Below are positions 1 through 7,826 of a DNA stretch of 17,067 nt, one piece after another. Each line of letters starts with the position of its first letter. The stretch's first letter is position 1. Both the position numbers and the translations under genes were made by a program. This stretch comes from Candidatus Krumholzibacteriia bacterium (GTDB taxonomy: Bacteria > Krumholzibacteriota > Krumholzibacteriia > LZORAL124-64-63), in assembly GCA_046484865.1 (NCBI GenBank), contig JAWOID010000122.1:1-17067 (forward strand), read 5' to 3'. The notes under the pieces are model-generated. The model did no database searches. It worked only from the letters and a program-made list of their open reading frames with translations, and was not told the origin of the DNA.

Positions 1-144
1 CCGGCGCGCCGACGGTATCCACGGATGGGGACCACCGCAAGAGCCCGCCCCGCGAGTCAGGAACGTCCCGATCCTCGTTCCAACCGTTCTTCGCCGAGCG
101 GCGTCGTCGGAACGTCGGGATGGGCGAACGTCACCGAACAACCG

Positions 145-170
145 TGCAACACCCCGCGGAAAGGCGCGTA
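145..170 (+). promoter_or_regulatory. Putative ECF-sigma promoter (TGCAAC-N16-CGTA) for the DUF5916 gene
   Basis: TGCAAC at 145-150, 16-nt spacer, CGTA at 167-170. One mismatch from the SigW-type consensus TGAAAC-N16-CGTA, about 70 nt upstream of the ATG at 240. Confidence 0.5.
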
Positions 171-239
171 GAGGGTGGCGCCCCCCCGAAACCCGCGCCG
201 GCTCCGAAGCTACCGCCGCACCCGAGAGGAGCACCGTCC

Positions 240-3023
240 ATGCAGCGCCACGTCGCATCGCCCGCATCCCGCGCTGCCGACACCCGGATCCGCGACCGCT
301 CCCCTGGCTCCCGTTCTCGCGCTCTCCTGATCGCCGCTGCGCTCGTCCTGATCGCCGCAGGGGCGGTGCCGCGCCCGGCACGGGCGGACGCCGCGGACCC
401 CGCGGCGGCAACGCACGACTGCAGCAACGGCTACCTGGCCACCCTCGCCGACACTGTCCGCGCGGTGCGGGTGACGTCGCCGGTGAAGGTGGACGGGGTG
501 CTGGACGAGGCGGCTTGGGATCGCCCACCGGCCGGGCCACTCGTGCAGAACGACCCCGACAACGGGTGCCCGCCCCGGCACGCCACCGACTGGTGGGTGG
601 CCTACGACGCCGAGAACCTGTACGTGGCCGCACGCTGCCACGATTCCGCGCCGGACAGCATGGTCAGCCGCCTGGTGCGTCGCGACGACCACACGCGGTG
701 CGAGTGGTTCTACCTCTGCCTGGACCCTTACGACGACGACCTCAACGGCTACTGGTTCCGCGTGAACCCGGCGGGCGTCATGGGCGACGCCGTCATGTAC
801 AACGACGGCAACGACGACCTCACCTGGGACGCCGTGTGGGAAGCCGCGGCGCGCACGGACGACCGGGGCTGGACCCTGGAGATGGCGATCCCCTTCGCGC
901 AGATCAGCTTCCCGGTGGCGCCGCGCCAGGTGTGGGGGATCAACGTCAAGCGCGACATCACCCGCTACAACGAACGCGACGACCTCTTCCACCTGCCGCG
1001 AGGAACGTCGGGCTTCGTGAGCCGCTTTCCCACCCTGGTGGGCATCGAGGGCGTGCGACCGCGCCGCTCGCTGGAGTTGCTGCCGTACGTGGTGGGCCGA
1101 GCGGAACGTCTGGAGACAGCCACCGGCGATCCGTTCCACGACGGGGAGGAATTCGCTGCCAAGGCCGGTCTCGACCTGAAGCATGCGCTCTCGAGCGATC
1201 TCACCCTCACCGCCACCTTCAACCCCGACTTCGGCCAGGTGGAGGTGGACCCGGCCGTGGTGAACCTGTCCGACTCCGAGACCTTCTTCCAGGAGAAGCG
1301 CCCCTTCTTCGTCAAGGACACGAACCTGTTCCGCTTCGGCAGGGAGGGCACCTCCGGCAACTGGAACTTCAACTGGATGGATCCGATGCTGTTCTACAGC
1401 CGGCGCGTGGGCCGGTCGCCTCAGGTGTCGCTGCCGGATCACGACCATGCCGCGCCGTCGGAGCTGACCACCATCCTCGGCGCCGCGAAGATCTCGGGCA
1501 AGGCGGGTGCCTTCGACGTGGGCCTGATGACCGCCATGACAGCCGAGGAGCGTCGCGGCTGGACCACGACGCCCGGCACACGCGGCGAGAACGTCGTGGA
1601 ACCCCTGACCAGCTACTCGGTGCTGCGGCTCAAGCGCTCCTCGGCGGACGGAGGCCGCGGGCTCGGCTTCATGGCCACCAGCACCTGGCGCGACCTGACC
1701 GACGATCGCGTGCGCGAACAGCTGGTCGGTGAGGCGTTCACCGGCGGCGTCGACGGCTGGGTGACGCTGGACGAGGCGCGGGTCTGGGCCGTGCGCGGCT
1801 TCCTCAGCGGCAGCTACCTGCACGGCAGCGCCGCCGCCGTGGATGCGGTGCAGCGCTCGCCGGTGCACTACTTCCAGCGTCCGGACGCGCCCCACGTGGA
1901 CTACGACCCGACTCGCAACGATCTCGCCGGCTGGGCCGGGCGTGTGATGCTCAACAAGCAGTCCGGGAACGTGACGCTGAACACCAGCGTCGGCGCGATC
2001 TCGCCCGGTTACGAGCTCAACGACGTGGGATTCCAGTACCAGGCGGACAAGCTCAACTGGCATCTCGCCGCCGGCCGGCGCTGGCTGGAGCCCCGGGGCG
2101 CATTTCGCCACCGCAGCTTCAATCTCGCCAGCTTCCGCACCTGGGACTATCGCGGCCGCCCGGACAACGAGGGTCACGGCATCTTCTGGAACGTGGTGCT
2201 GACCAACTACTGGGCCATGGGCGGACAGGCGATCGTCTCGCCCGAACGCAACTATTTCCGGGCCACGCGCGGCGGTCCCCTCATGACGATCCCGCCGGTG
2301 AGCGAGGTGAACCTCTGGTTCGACACCGACTCCCGCAAGCAGCTCTACCTGAACCCCTCGCTCAACTGGTGGTCCGACGACGTCGGCGGGAGCGGCTGGC
2401 GCGTGGGCGCAGCCCTGGTACTGAAGCCGAGCGACGGCGTGGAACTGGCGCTGGAACCCAGCTACCAGTGGTTCAGGGAGCCCGCGCAGTACGTCACCGC
2501 GAGGGATGACGTGCTCGCGGAAGCCACCGGCGGCCGGCGGTACCTCTTCGGCAGTCTCGACTACGACAATCTCGCGCTGGCGGCGCGCATGAACTGGTCG
2601 TTCTCGCCGCGCATGACGCTGCAGGCCTACCTGCAGCCCCTGGTGGCGGTGGGCCGCTACGGAGGGCTCAAGGAGTTCGCCCGACCCGGGACGTTCGAGT
2701 TCACCCGCTACGGGGTCGATGGAGGCTCCACGGTCGAGCGGGACGACGACGGCGATTACGTGGTGGATCCCGACGGCCCGGCAGGTCCGGCGGAGCCCTT
2801 CACGGTCGACGACCCCGACTTCAACCTGAAGTCCCTGAAGATCAACGTCGTGTTCCGGTGGGAGTGGCGGCGCGGCTCCACCCTGTTCCTGGTCTGGACC
2901 CAGGATCGCACCAGTTACGCCGACCCGGGCAGCTTCGACCTCGGCCGGGACGCGCGCACGCTGGTGGAAGCGCCGGGCGACGACATCGTGATGGCGAAGT
3001 TCACCTGGTGGCTCGATCTGTGA
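240..3023 (+). CDS. CBM9-like domain + DUF5916 protein, putative outer-membrane beta-barrel
   Basis: Start moved from 120 to ATG 240, which follows GAGAGGAG. Signal peptide (LLIAAALVLIAAGAV...ARA). CBM9-like motifs VKVDGVLDEAAW, VAYDAENLYVA, WTLEMAIPF, WGINV. DUF5916-type motifs LTATFNPDFGQVEVDPAVVNLS, FFQEKRPFF, LFYSRRVG. Aromatic C-terminus KFTWWLDL. Confidence 0.85.
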   Translation: MQRHVASPASRAADTRIRDRSPGSRSRALLIAAALVLIAAGAVPRPARADAADPAAATHDCSNGYLATLADTVRAVRVTSPVKVDGVLDEAAWDRPPAGPLVQNDPDNGCPPRHATDWWVAYDAENLYVAARCHDSAPDSMVSRLVRRDDHTRCEWFYLCLDPYDDDLNGYWFRVNPAGVMGDAVMYNDGNDDLTWDAVWEAAARTDDRGWTLEMAIPFAQISFPVAPRQVWGINVKRDITRYNERDDLFHLPRGTSGFVSRFPTLVGIEGVRPRRSLELLPYVVGRAERLETATGDPFHDGEEFAAKAGLDLKHALSSDLTLTATFNPDFGQVEVDPAVVNLSDSETFFQEKRPFFVKDTNLFRFGREGTSGNWNFNWMDPMLFYSRRVGRSPQVSLPDHDHAAPSELTTILGAAKISGKAGAFDVGLMTAMTAEERRGWTTTPGTRGENVVEPLTSYSVLRLKRSSADGGRGLGFMATSTWRDLTDDRVREQLVGEAFTGGVDGWVTLDEARVWAVRGFLSGSYLHGSAAAVDAVQRSPVHYFQRPDAPHVDYDPTRNDLAGWAGRVMLNKQSGNVTLNTSVGAISPGYELNDVGFQYQADKLNWHLAAGRRWLEPRGAFRHRSFNLASFRTWDYRGRPDNEGHGIFWNVVLTNYWAMGGQAIVSPERNYFRATRGGPLMTIPPVSEVNLWFDTDSRKQLYLNPSLNWWSDDVGGSGWRVGAALVLKPSDGVELALEPSYQWFREPAQYVTARDDVLAEATGGRRYLFGSLDYDNLALAARMNWSFSPRMTLQAYLQPLVAVGRYGGLKEFARPGTFEFTRYGVDGGSTVERDDDGDYVVDPDGPAGPAEPFTVDDPDFNLKSLKINVVFRWEWRRGSTLFLVWTQDRTSYADPGSFDLGRDARTLVEAPGDDIVMAKFTWWLDL

Positions 3024-3029
3024 ATCAGG

Positions 3030-3974
3030 TCAAAGCACGAGCCAGGCCGTGTACCCGGCATAGATCGCCAGCAGGAGCGCTCCCTCCCGGCGATCCAGGC
3101 GCCAGCCGGTGCGAGCCAGCGGCAACAGCAGCGCAGCGAGGCCGAGCATCACCGCCAGGTCCGTCACGCCGACGCCGACCCCCCGCAGCGGCTGCGCCAG
3201 GGCGGTGATTCCGAGCACGCCGAGCACGTTGAAGATGTTGCTGCCGACCACATTGCCCACCGCCAGGTCGACCTGGCCCCGGCAGGCCGCCACCAGGGAG
3301 GTGGCCAGTTCGGGCAGGCTGGTGCCCACGGCCACCACGGTGAGCCCGATGACCGCTTCGCTCATGCCGAGGGTACGCGCGGCCCGAACCGCGCCGCTGA
3401 CGAAGGCCTGACCGCCACCGATCAGGATCAGCAGGCCCACGCCAACGAACAGCAGCGATCGTCGCAGATCCGCCTGCGCGGCCGGTGGCGGTCCGCCGAT
3501 GGCGAGCAGATCCTGCGCACTCCTCTGCGGTCCGCGGCGCTCGGAAAGCAGCTGGTACGCCGTGGCGGCGACCAGGACCAGCACGAAGGCGAGGCCCTCC
3601 CAGCGTCCGATGTCGCGGTCCAGAGCCAGGACCGTCAGGGCCACGCTCACGCCGAGCATGAGCGGCACGTCGCGCCGCACCAGGTCCACGTGCACGACCA
3701 GGGGCCTGACGATCGCGCTCAGTCCGAGGATGAGGCCCACGTTGCAGATGTTGGAGCCGACGACGTTCCCGAAAGCCAGATCGCCACGACCGCTCAGCGC
3801 TCCCGCCGCGCTCACCACCAGTTCGGGGCTGCTCGTGCCCCAGGCCACCACCGTGAGCCCCACCACCAGCGGCGGTATCCCCAGACGCAAGGCCAGTGCG
3901 GCCCCGCCCCGGACCAGCAGTTCAGCTCCTCCCACCAGCCCCAGGAAACCGACGGCCAGCAGCAGGATCGTCAT
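3030..3974 (-). CDS. yrbG: Calcium/sodium antiporter, YrbG-like (CaCA superfamily), 314 aa
   Basis: Two alpha-repeats: GLTVVAWGTSSPELVVS...GNVVGSNICN and GLTVVAVGTSLPELATS...GNVVGSNIFN, with about 10 hydrophobic segments. ATG at 3974 overlaps the upstream stop (ATGA) and is preceded by GGAGG. Confidence 0.93.
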   Translation of the reverse strand: MTILLLAVGFLGLVGGAELLVRGGAALALRLGIPPLVVGLTVVAWGTSSPELVVSAAGALSGRGDLAFGNVVGSNICNVGLILGLSAIVRPLVVHVDLVRRDVPLMLGVSVALTVLALDRDIGRWEGLAFVLVLVAATAYQLLSERRGPQRSAQDLLAIGGPPPAAQADLRRSLLFVGVGLLILIGGGQAFVSGAVRAARTLGMSEAVIGLTVVAVGTSLPELATSLVAACRGQVDLAVGNVVGSNIFNVLGVLGITALAQPLRGVGVGVTDLAVMLGLAALLLPLARTGWRLDRREGALLLAIYAGYTAWLVL

Positions 3975-5638
3975 CGCACCTCCCGGCGCGCCATCAGCTC
4001 GGCCCTCTGCAGCAGATCCACGATCTCCTGGTTGCCCGGGGCCAGCCGCGCCGCCTCGGCCAGATCGGAAGCGGCCCGCGACCACCGCCTGGCATGGTAA
4101 TGCATGAGCCCGCGGTTGTACCATGCCACCGGCAGTTGCGGGTCCAGGTCGAGGGCCCGGTCGAGGGCGTCCTCCGCGGCTGCGACGTCACCAGCGTGGA
4201 TCCGGGCGAGACCGAGGTCGCTCCAGGTCTGGGCCTCGCCGTCACCCAGTTCGACCGCCCGCTCCAGGTGTGGCAAGGCCGCAGTGGGCTGTTCCAGCTT
4301 CAGGTACACGTGACCGAGCCAGGCGCTCACCTCGGAGTCCTCGGTGCCCAGCAGGCCGCCGGCCCGCCGCAGATCCTGGAGCGCCTCGCGGTCGAGTCCG
4401 ATCCGTGCGAAAACCAACCCGCGGCTGCGCAAGGCGTGGCCGCGATGGATGTCGCGGCGGATGCACACCGAGGCGGCATCGATGGCCGCTTCCGCCCAGA
4501 AGGCGCGATCGCCGGCGGTGGCGGCCGCCTCGAAGCGGTCCCGCGCGAGCGCAGCATGAGCCGAGAACGACCCGGTCACGTAGTAACGATCGAACGCCAG
4601 CCAGACCGGCAGGCGTCCCGCGCCGCGGCCGGTGAGTGGCTCGTGGTCCACGCGATCGACGCAGGCGCCGCCGCACGGCGCCGAGCTGGCCGACCTCTCG
4701 TAGCGCCGACGGGCCTCGTCCAGGGAGCCAGCCAGTTCCTCCACCATCGCCATGTCGCGCCAGCACTCCGAACGGTGGGCGGCGTCGGGGCGCAGGGTGG
4801 CCTCCACGCGGCTGCGATCGCCCGCGGCGGGGCGCTCCCACACCTGTCCCGAACGGCGCTCCATGGCCTGTCCGGAGGCGCTCGACGGATTGCTGAAGTG
4901 GGCGGCCGCGATTCGCGGTCGTCCCCTCGCCAGCTCCGCCATCCCCAGGACCCAGCGCGACGAGGCGGAGAAGACGTCGTACTGCGCCAGGCGATGGGCC
5001 ACGTCCTCGGCGTAGCGCCACTGGCCGCTGCCCGCCAGGAGCAGCCCGGTGATCTGCAGGGTGAGGTCGCGAGTCGGCTTGACCGCGGCGGCGCTGTCGG
5101 CCCAGACCAGGCCCTCGCGCCACTCGCCGCGGTCGTAGTGCACCCACGCGCGCAGGATCGCCGTCTCGTGGCGCAGCTCGAGACGCTCCTCCGGCTCGGC
5201 CCAGGGCAATGCCTCCCGGGCGGCGTCGATGGCTGCCAGCGCGTCCGGCGCGTGGTGCAGCCAGCGGGTGATCTCGGCCAGATCGAACCACACCCGGGGA
5301 TCGATCGGCGCCAGTCCGGCGGCCGTGCGCAGGGCCTGCAGACGCTCGGCGCATCGCCCCGACGTGCGCGCCCGTTGCACCCACACCGCCGCCGCCTGCC
5401 GCCGCCGGCGCTGCTCGGTTTCAGGCAGGGCGAGGTATTCGTCGAACCCGAGGGAGTCGTCCACGGCCGCGTAGAGCAGGTCGGCGGGGAAGTTGCAGCG
5501 ACGTCCAGCGGCCGTGCCGCCGCAGCCGTTCAGGACCAGGGCCACCAGGGGGATCAGCAACGGCAGCACCAGCGCGGCGGGGGATGCCGGCCCCCCGCGC
5601 CTGCGGGCAAGGGCCGGTCCGGAGGGGGACCGTCTCAT
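3971..5638 (-). CDS. Tetratricopeptide-repeat lipoprotein, 555 aa
   Basis: ATG at 5638 overlaps the cytochrome stop (ATGA, 5635-5638). Basic N-terminus, hydrophobic stretch and lipobox LNG-C (Cys codon 5522-5524). Clear C-terminal TPRs (SAWLGHVYLKLEQPTAALPHLERAVEL; AWYNRGLMHYHARRWSRAASDLAEAARLAP) and further TPR-like units near the N-terminus. Confidence 0.82.
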   Translation of the reverse strand: MRRSPSGPALARRRGGPASPAALVLPLLIPLVALVLNGCGGTAAGRRCNFPADLLYAAVDDSLGFDEYLALPETEQRRRRQAAAVWVQRARTSGRCAERLQALRTAAGLAPIDPRVWFDLAEITRWLHHAPDALAAIDAAREALPWAEPEERLELRHETAILRAWVHYDRGEWREGLVWADSAAAVKPTRDLTLQITGLLLAGSGQWRYAEDVAHRLAQYDVFSASSRWVLGMAELARGRPRIAAAHFSNPSSASGQAMERRSGQVWERPAAGDRSRVEATLRPDAAHRSECWRDMAMVEELAGSLDEARRRYERSASSAPCGGACVDRVDHEPLTGRGAGRLPVWLAFDRYYVTGSFSAHAALARDRFEAAATAGDRAFWAEAAIDAASVCIRRDIHRGHALRSRGLVFARIGLDREALQDLRRAGGLLGTEDSEVSAWLGHVYLKLEQPTAALPHLERAVELGDGEAQTWSDLGLARIHAGDVAAAEDALDRALDLDPQLPVAWYNRGLMHYHARRWSRAASDLAEAARLAPGNQEIVDLLQRAELMARREVR

Positions 5639-6258
5639 TCCCCGCCGGGATCTCGCCCGTCCGGAATGGGATGAGCGATGCGGGCCCAGAACTCCGCGTG
5701 GTCGAATCCCTCGAACGTGGGGCTCTGCTCGTTGTGGCACTTCTGGCAGTGTTCCGCCCCCCCGTTCAGCCAGAGCCCGTTCTCGATCGCCCTGGCGCGG
5801 TTGCGCATCACGGACATGACCATGTACTTCGAACCCGGCCCGTGGCACGCCTCGCAGCCCACGCCTTCGCTCAGCGCATACGAGTTGTTCGGAGCCAGCT
5901 CGCAGCCCTCGCCGAGGAAGGCCGTGGTGGCATGGCAGCGAAGGCACTCGGGAGCCTGCTGGGCGTCGGCGAGTCCGCGCTCCTCCGCGATCGCCCGGGC
6001 CTGCGGCGTGGCGAGGGCTTCCCAGGCCCGCGCATGTGCGGAGTCCTCCCAGACGGACCACTGGTCGCCCGTGCTCTGGCCGTGGCACATCTTGCACCGG
6101 GGCGCCCCCACCAGCATCGGCTCGTGATCGTCCTGCGCGGCAACCGGCGGCGCAGGCCGCACCAGGAGCAGCCCCGCCAGCGCCGTGAGCAGCGCCGCCA
6201 GCCGCATCCGGGTCCGACCGCTCGCCGGCGATCCGATTCCCGCGGTACAAGCCGTCAC
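5635..6258 (-). CDS. Periplasmic tetraheme cytochrome c (c554-like family)
   Basis: Four CxxCH motifs: CKMCH 6082-6096, CLRCH 5932-5946, CEACH 5842-5856, CQKCH 5734-5748. Family-like patterns VGxxxCxxCH...W..SAHA and EGVGCEACHGPGS. Signal peptide present. GTG 6258 follows AGGAG; ATG 6207 is an alternative start. Confidence 0.9.
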   Translation of the reverse strand: MTACTAGIGSPASGRTRMRLAALLTALAGLLLVRPAPPVAAQDDHEPMLVGAPRCKMCHGQSTGDQWSVWEDSAHARAWEALATPQARAIAEERGLADAQQAPECLRCHATTAFLGEGCELAPNNSYALSEGVGCEACHGPGSKYMVMSVMRNRARAIENGLWLNGGAEHCQKCHNEQSPTFEGFDHAEFWARIAHPIPDGRDPGGE

Positions 6259-6291
6259 GGTGTCTCTCCTCGGCTCCATCGGCCCGATCCG

Positions 6292-6326
6292 CCGGCACGT
6301 CCGGCCCCCGGCACGTCCGGCCCCCG
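6292..6326. repeat. 16-bp tandem direct repeat (CCGGCACGTCCGGCCC x2 plus a partial copy)
   Basis: Perfect copies at 6292-6307 and 6308-6323, then CCG. Intergenic, upstream of the cytochrome gene. Confidence 0.85.
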
Positions 6327-6329
6327 TGT

Positions 6330-6358
6330 AGCTTAACCGAGATCGGACCGGCCGGCAT
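6330..6358 (-). promoter_or_regulatory. Possible sigma70-type promoter for the cytochrome-TPR-antiporter operon
   Basis: Minus strand reads ATGCCG-N17-TAAGCT; the -35 match is weak. Confidence 0.35.
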
Positions 6359-6371
6359 TGCCGGGTCCGCA

Positions 6372-7640
6372 TCAGCGCAGGAGGCGATCGAGCCAGTTCC
6401 CGCGCTCCACCCCATCGAGCGTGACCACCGGCACCGAGCCGAGGGCCGTATCGTCCAGGTAGGCAACGGCACGCCCCACCTCCTGCCCCGGCAGGATCGG
6501 AGCCCGCACGGTCTCCGGCAGCTCGGTCCGCAACTCGAGATCCTGACGGCGATGCTTGGGGACCAGGACCGAGAGAGCACCGGCGTAACCCACCGAGACG
6601 TCCTTCTGCCGGCCGTCGGTCACCCGCAGAGGCTGATCGAGCACGGCGCCATCCCCCGGCACGAGCGCCACCTCCTCGTACAGATTGAAGCCGTAGGTGA
6701 GCAGCCGCGTCGTTTCTGTCGCACGCGCGCGATCGCTGGACGCGCCCATCACCACCGAGATCAGCCGCTTGCCCCGGCGCACGGCCGATGCTGTGACGCA
6801 GAAGCCCGCCTGGCTGTGATAGCCGGTCTTGATCCCGTCGAGACCGCGGTACTTCCCGATGAGCTTGTTCGGGTTGTACATCACGAACTCGCCGTCGCGG
6901 AACGGCGCGGTGGCCGTGGAGGCCCATTCGCGGGCTCTCTCGTGCTGCACGAGGGCCCGCCCCAGCACCGCCATGTCCCACGCCGACGTGAGGTCCGGCG
7001 CCTGCCCTCGACCGGCCGGCAGTCCGTGAACGGTGTGGAACTCGGTCTCCATCAGGCCGAGTTCCCGGGCTCGCATGTTCATGAGATCGACGAACGCCTC
7101 CACCGATCCGGCGACGTGTTCGGCCAGGGCCACCGCGGCATCGTTCGCCGAGTGGACGGCCAGGGCCGCGAGCAATGCCTCGACCGTGAACAGCTCGCCG
7201 TGCTTCAGGTACACCTGGGAGCCGCCCATGCGGCTCGCGCGGGCCGAGACGATGACCGTATCGGCGAGGGACAGCCGGCCCTCGGCCGCGTGCTCGAGAA
7301 CGATCAGCTCGGTGATCATCTTGGTCATCGAGGCCGGCTGCCGCCGCGCGTGAGGTTCGTACGCCGCCAGGAGGGCCCCGGTATCGGCGTCCATCACCAC
7401 GGCCGACGCGAAATCCCCCTCGAGAACCTGGGGTTCGAAGGCCGCGGCGTCGGCGATCGGCGCCGGTTCCGGGGCGTCGGCGGCACGGACGGCAGGCGGC
7501 CCGGCGAGCGCGACCAGCAGCACGACCGTCGCTGCGAGCGCCGCGCGTACGCAGCGCGTGGGCGTGAACCGGCAACCGGCGTGGGTATGGACAGGACCGG
7601 ACCGGCCGGCGCGACGAGAGGGGAACAGAACCAGCGTCAT
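6372..7640 (-). CDS. dacA: Serine-type D-alanyl-D-alanine carboxypeptidase (peptidase S11, PBP5/6 family)
   Basis: Motifs PASMTKM (SxxK), HSANDAAVALAE (SxN), VHGL and GIKTGY (KTG), plus a PBP5-like C-terminal domain and an amphipathic tail (WLDRLLR). ATG 7640 follows GGAG. The paralog name (dacA/C/F) is uncertain. Confidence 0.93.
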   Translation of the reverse strand: MTLVLFPSRRAGRSGPVHTHAGCRFTPTRCVRAALAATVVLLVALAGPPAVRAADAPEPAPIADAAAFEPQVLEGDFASAVVMDADTGALLAAYEPHARRQPASMTKMITELIVLEHAAEGRLSLADTVIVSARASRMGGSQVYLKHGELFTVEALLAALAVHSANDAAVALAEHVAGSVEAFVDLMNMRARELGLMETEFHTVHGLPAGRGQAPDLTSAWDMAVLGRALVQHERAREWASTATAPFRDGEFVMYNPNKLIGKYRGLDGIKTGYHSQAGFCVTASAVRRGKRLISVVMGASSDRARATETTRLLTYGFNLYEEVALVPGDGAVLDQPLRVTDGRQKDVSVGYAGALSVLVPKHRRQDLELRTELPETVRAPILPGQEVGRAVAYLDDTALGSVPVVTLDGVERGNWLDRLLR

Positions 7641-7689
7641 GATCACTCCGGAAGGATGTGGGAAGATCGCCCGCAGAACATGGATCAGC

Positions 7690-7719
7690 AGCATAGCCGC
7701 CGGCCGGCGGTCATTGCAA
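7690..7719 (-). promoter_or_regulatory. Putative sigma70 promoter for the carboxypeptidase gene
   Basis: Minus strand reads TTGCAA-N18-TATGCT, about 50 nt upstream of ATG 7640. Confidence 0.55.
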
Positions 7720-7826
7720 GCGCGGGCCGGACGATCCCGTCCGGCTGCTCATGAATCATGCGGGCTAGCCCTCCGGGAAGGGCGGTGTCCGGCGCCCGGG
7801 CCGGCGCGCCCTCGAGCCGGCAGTCG

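Noticed and set aside
120..239. N-terminal extension of the 967-aa ORF
   Set aside because: Pro/Arg-rich, overlaps the candidate promoter and lacks an RBS. ATG 240 has a good RBS and sits closer to the signal peptide.
210..2177. 655-aa antisense ORF and 405-aa alternative-frame ORF over the DUF5916 gene
   Set aside because: Shadow ORFs expected at high GC; no motifs.
5639..6580. 869-aa version of the TPR ORF
   Set aside because: The extension is an off-frame reading of the cytochrome and dacA genes. The lipoprotein signal and ATGA overlap place the start at 5638.
6259..7575. 646-aa version of the cytochrome ORF (possible dacA-cytochrome frameshift fusion)
   Set aside because: The upstream part is an Arg/Gly-rich off-frame reading of dacA. 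dacA has its own stop and tail, and the cytochrome has its own RBS and signal peptide.
7760..7826. GC-rich inverted repeats after the methyltransferase stop
   Set aside because: Short, imperfect and without a U-tract; not distinguishable from background.
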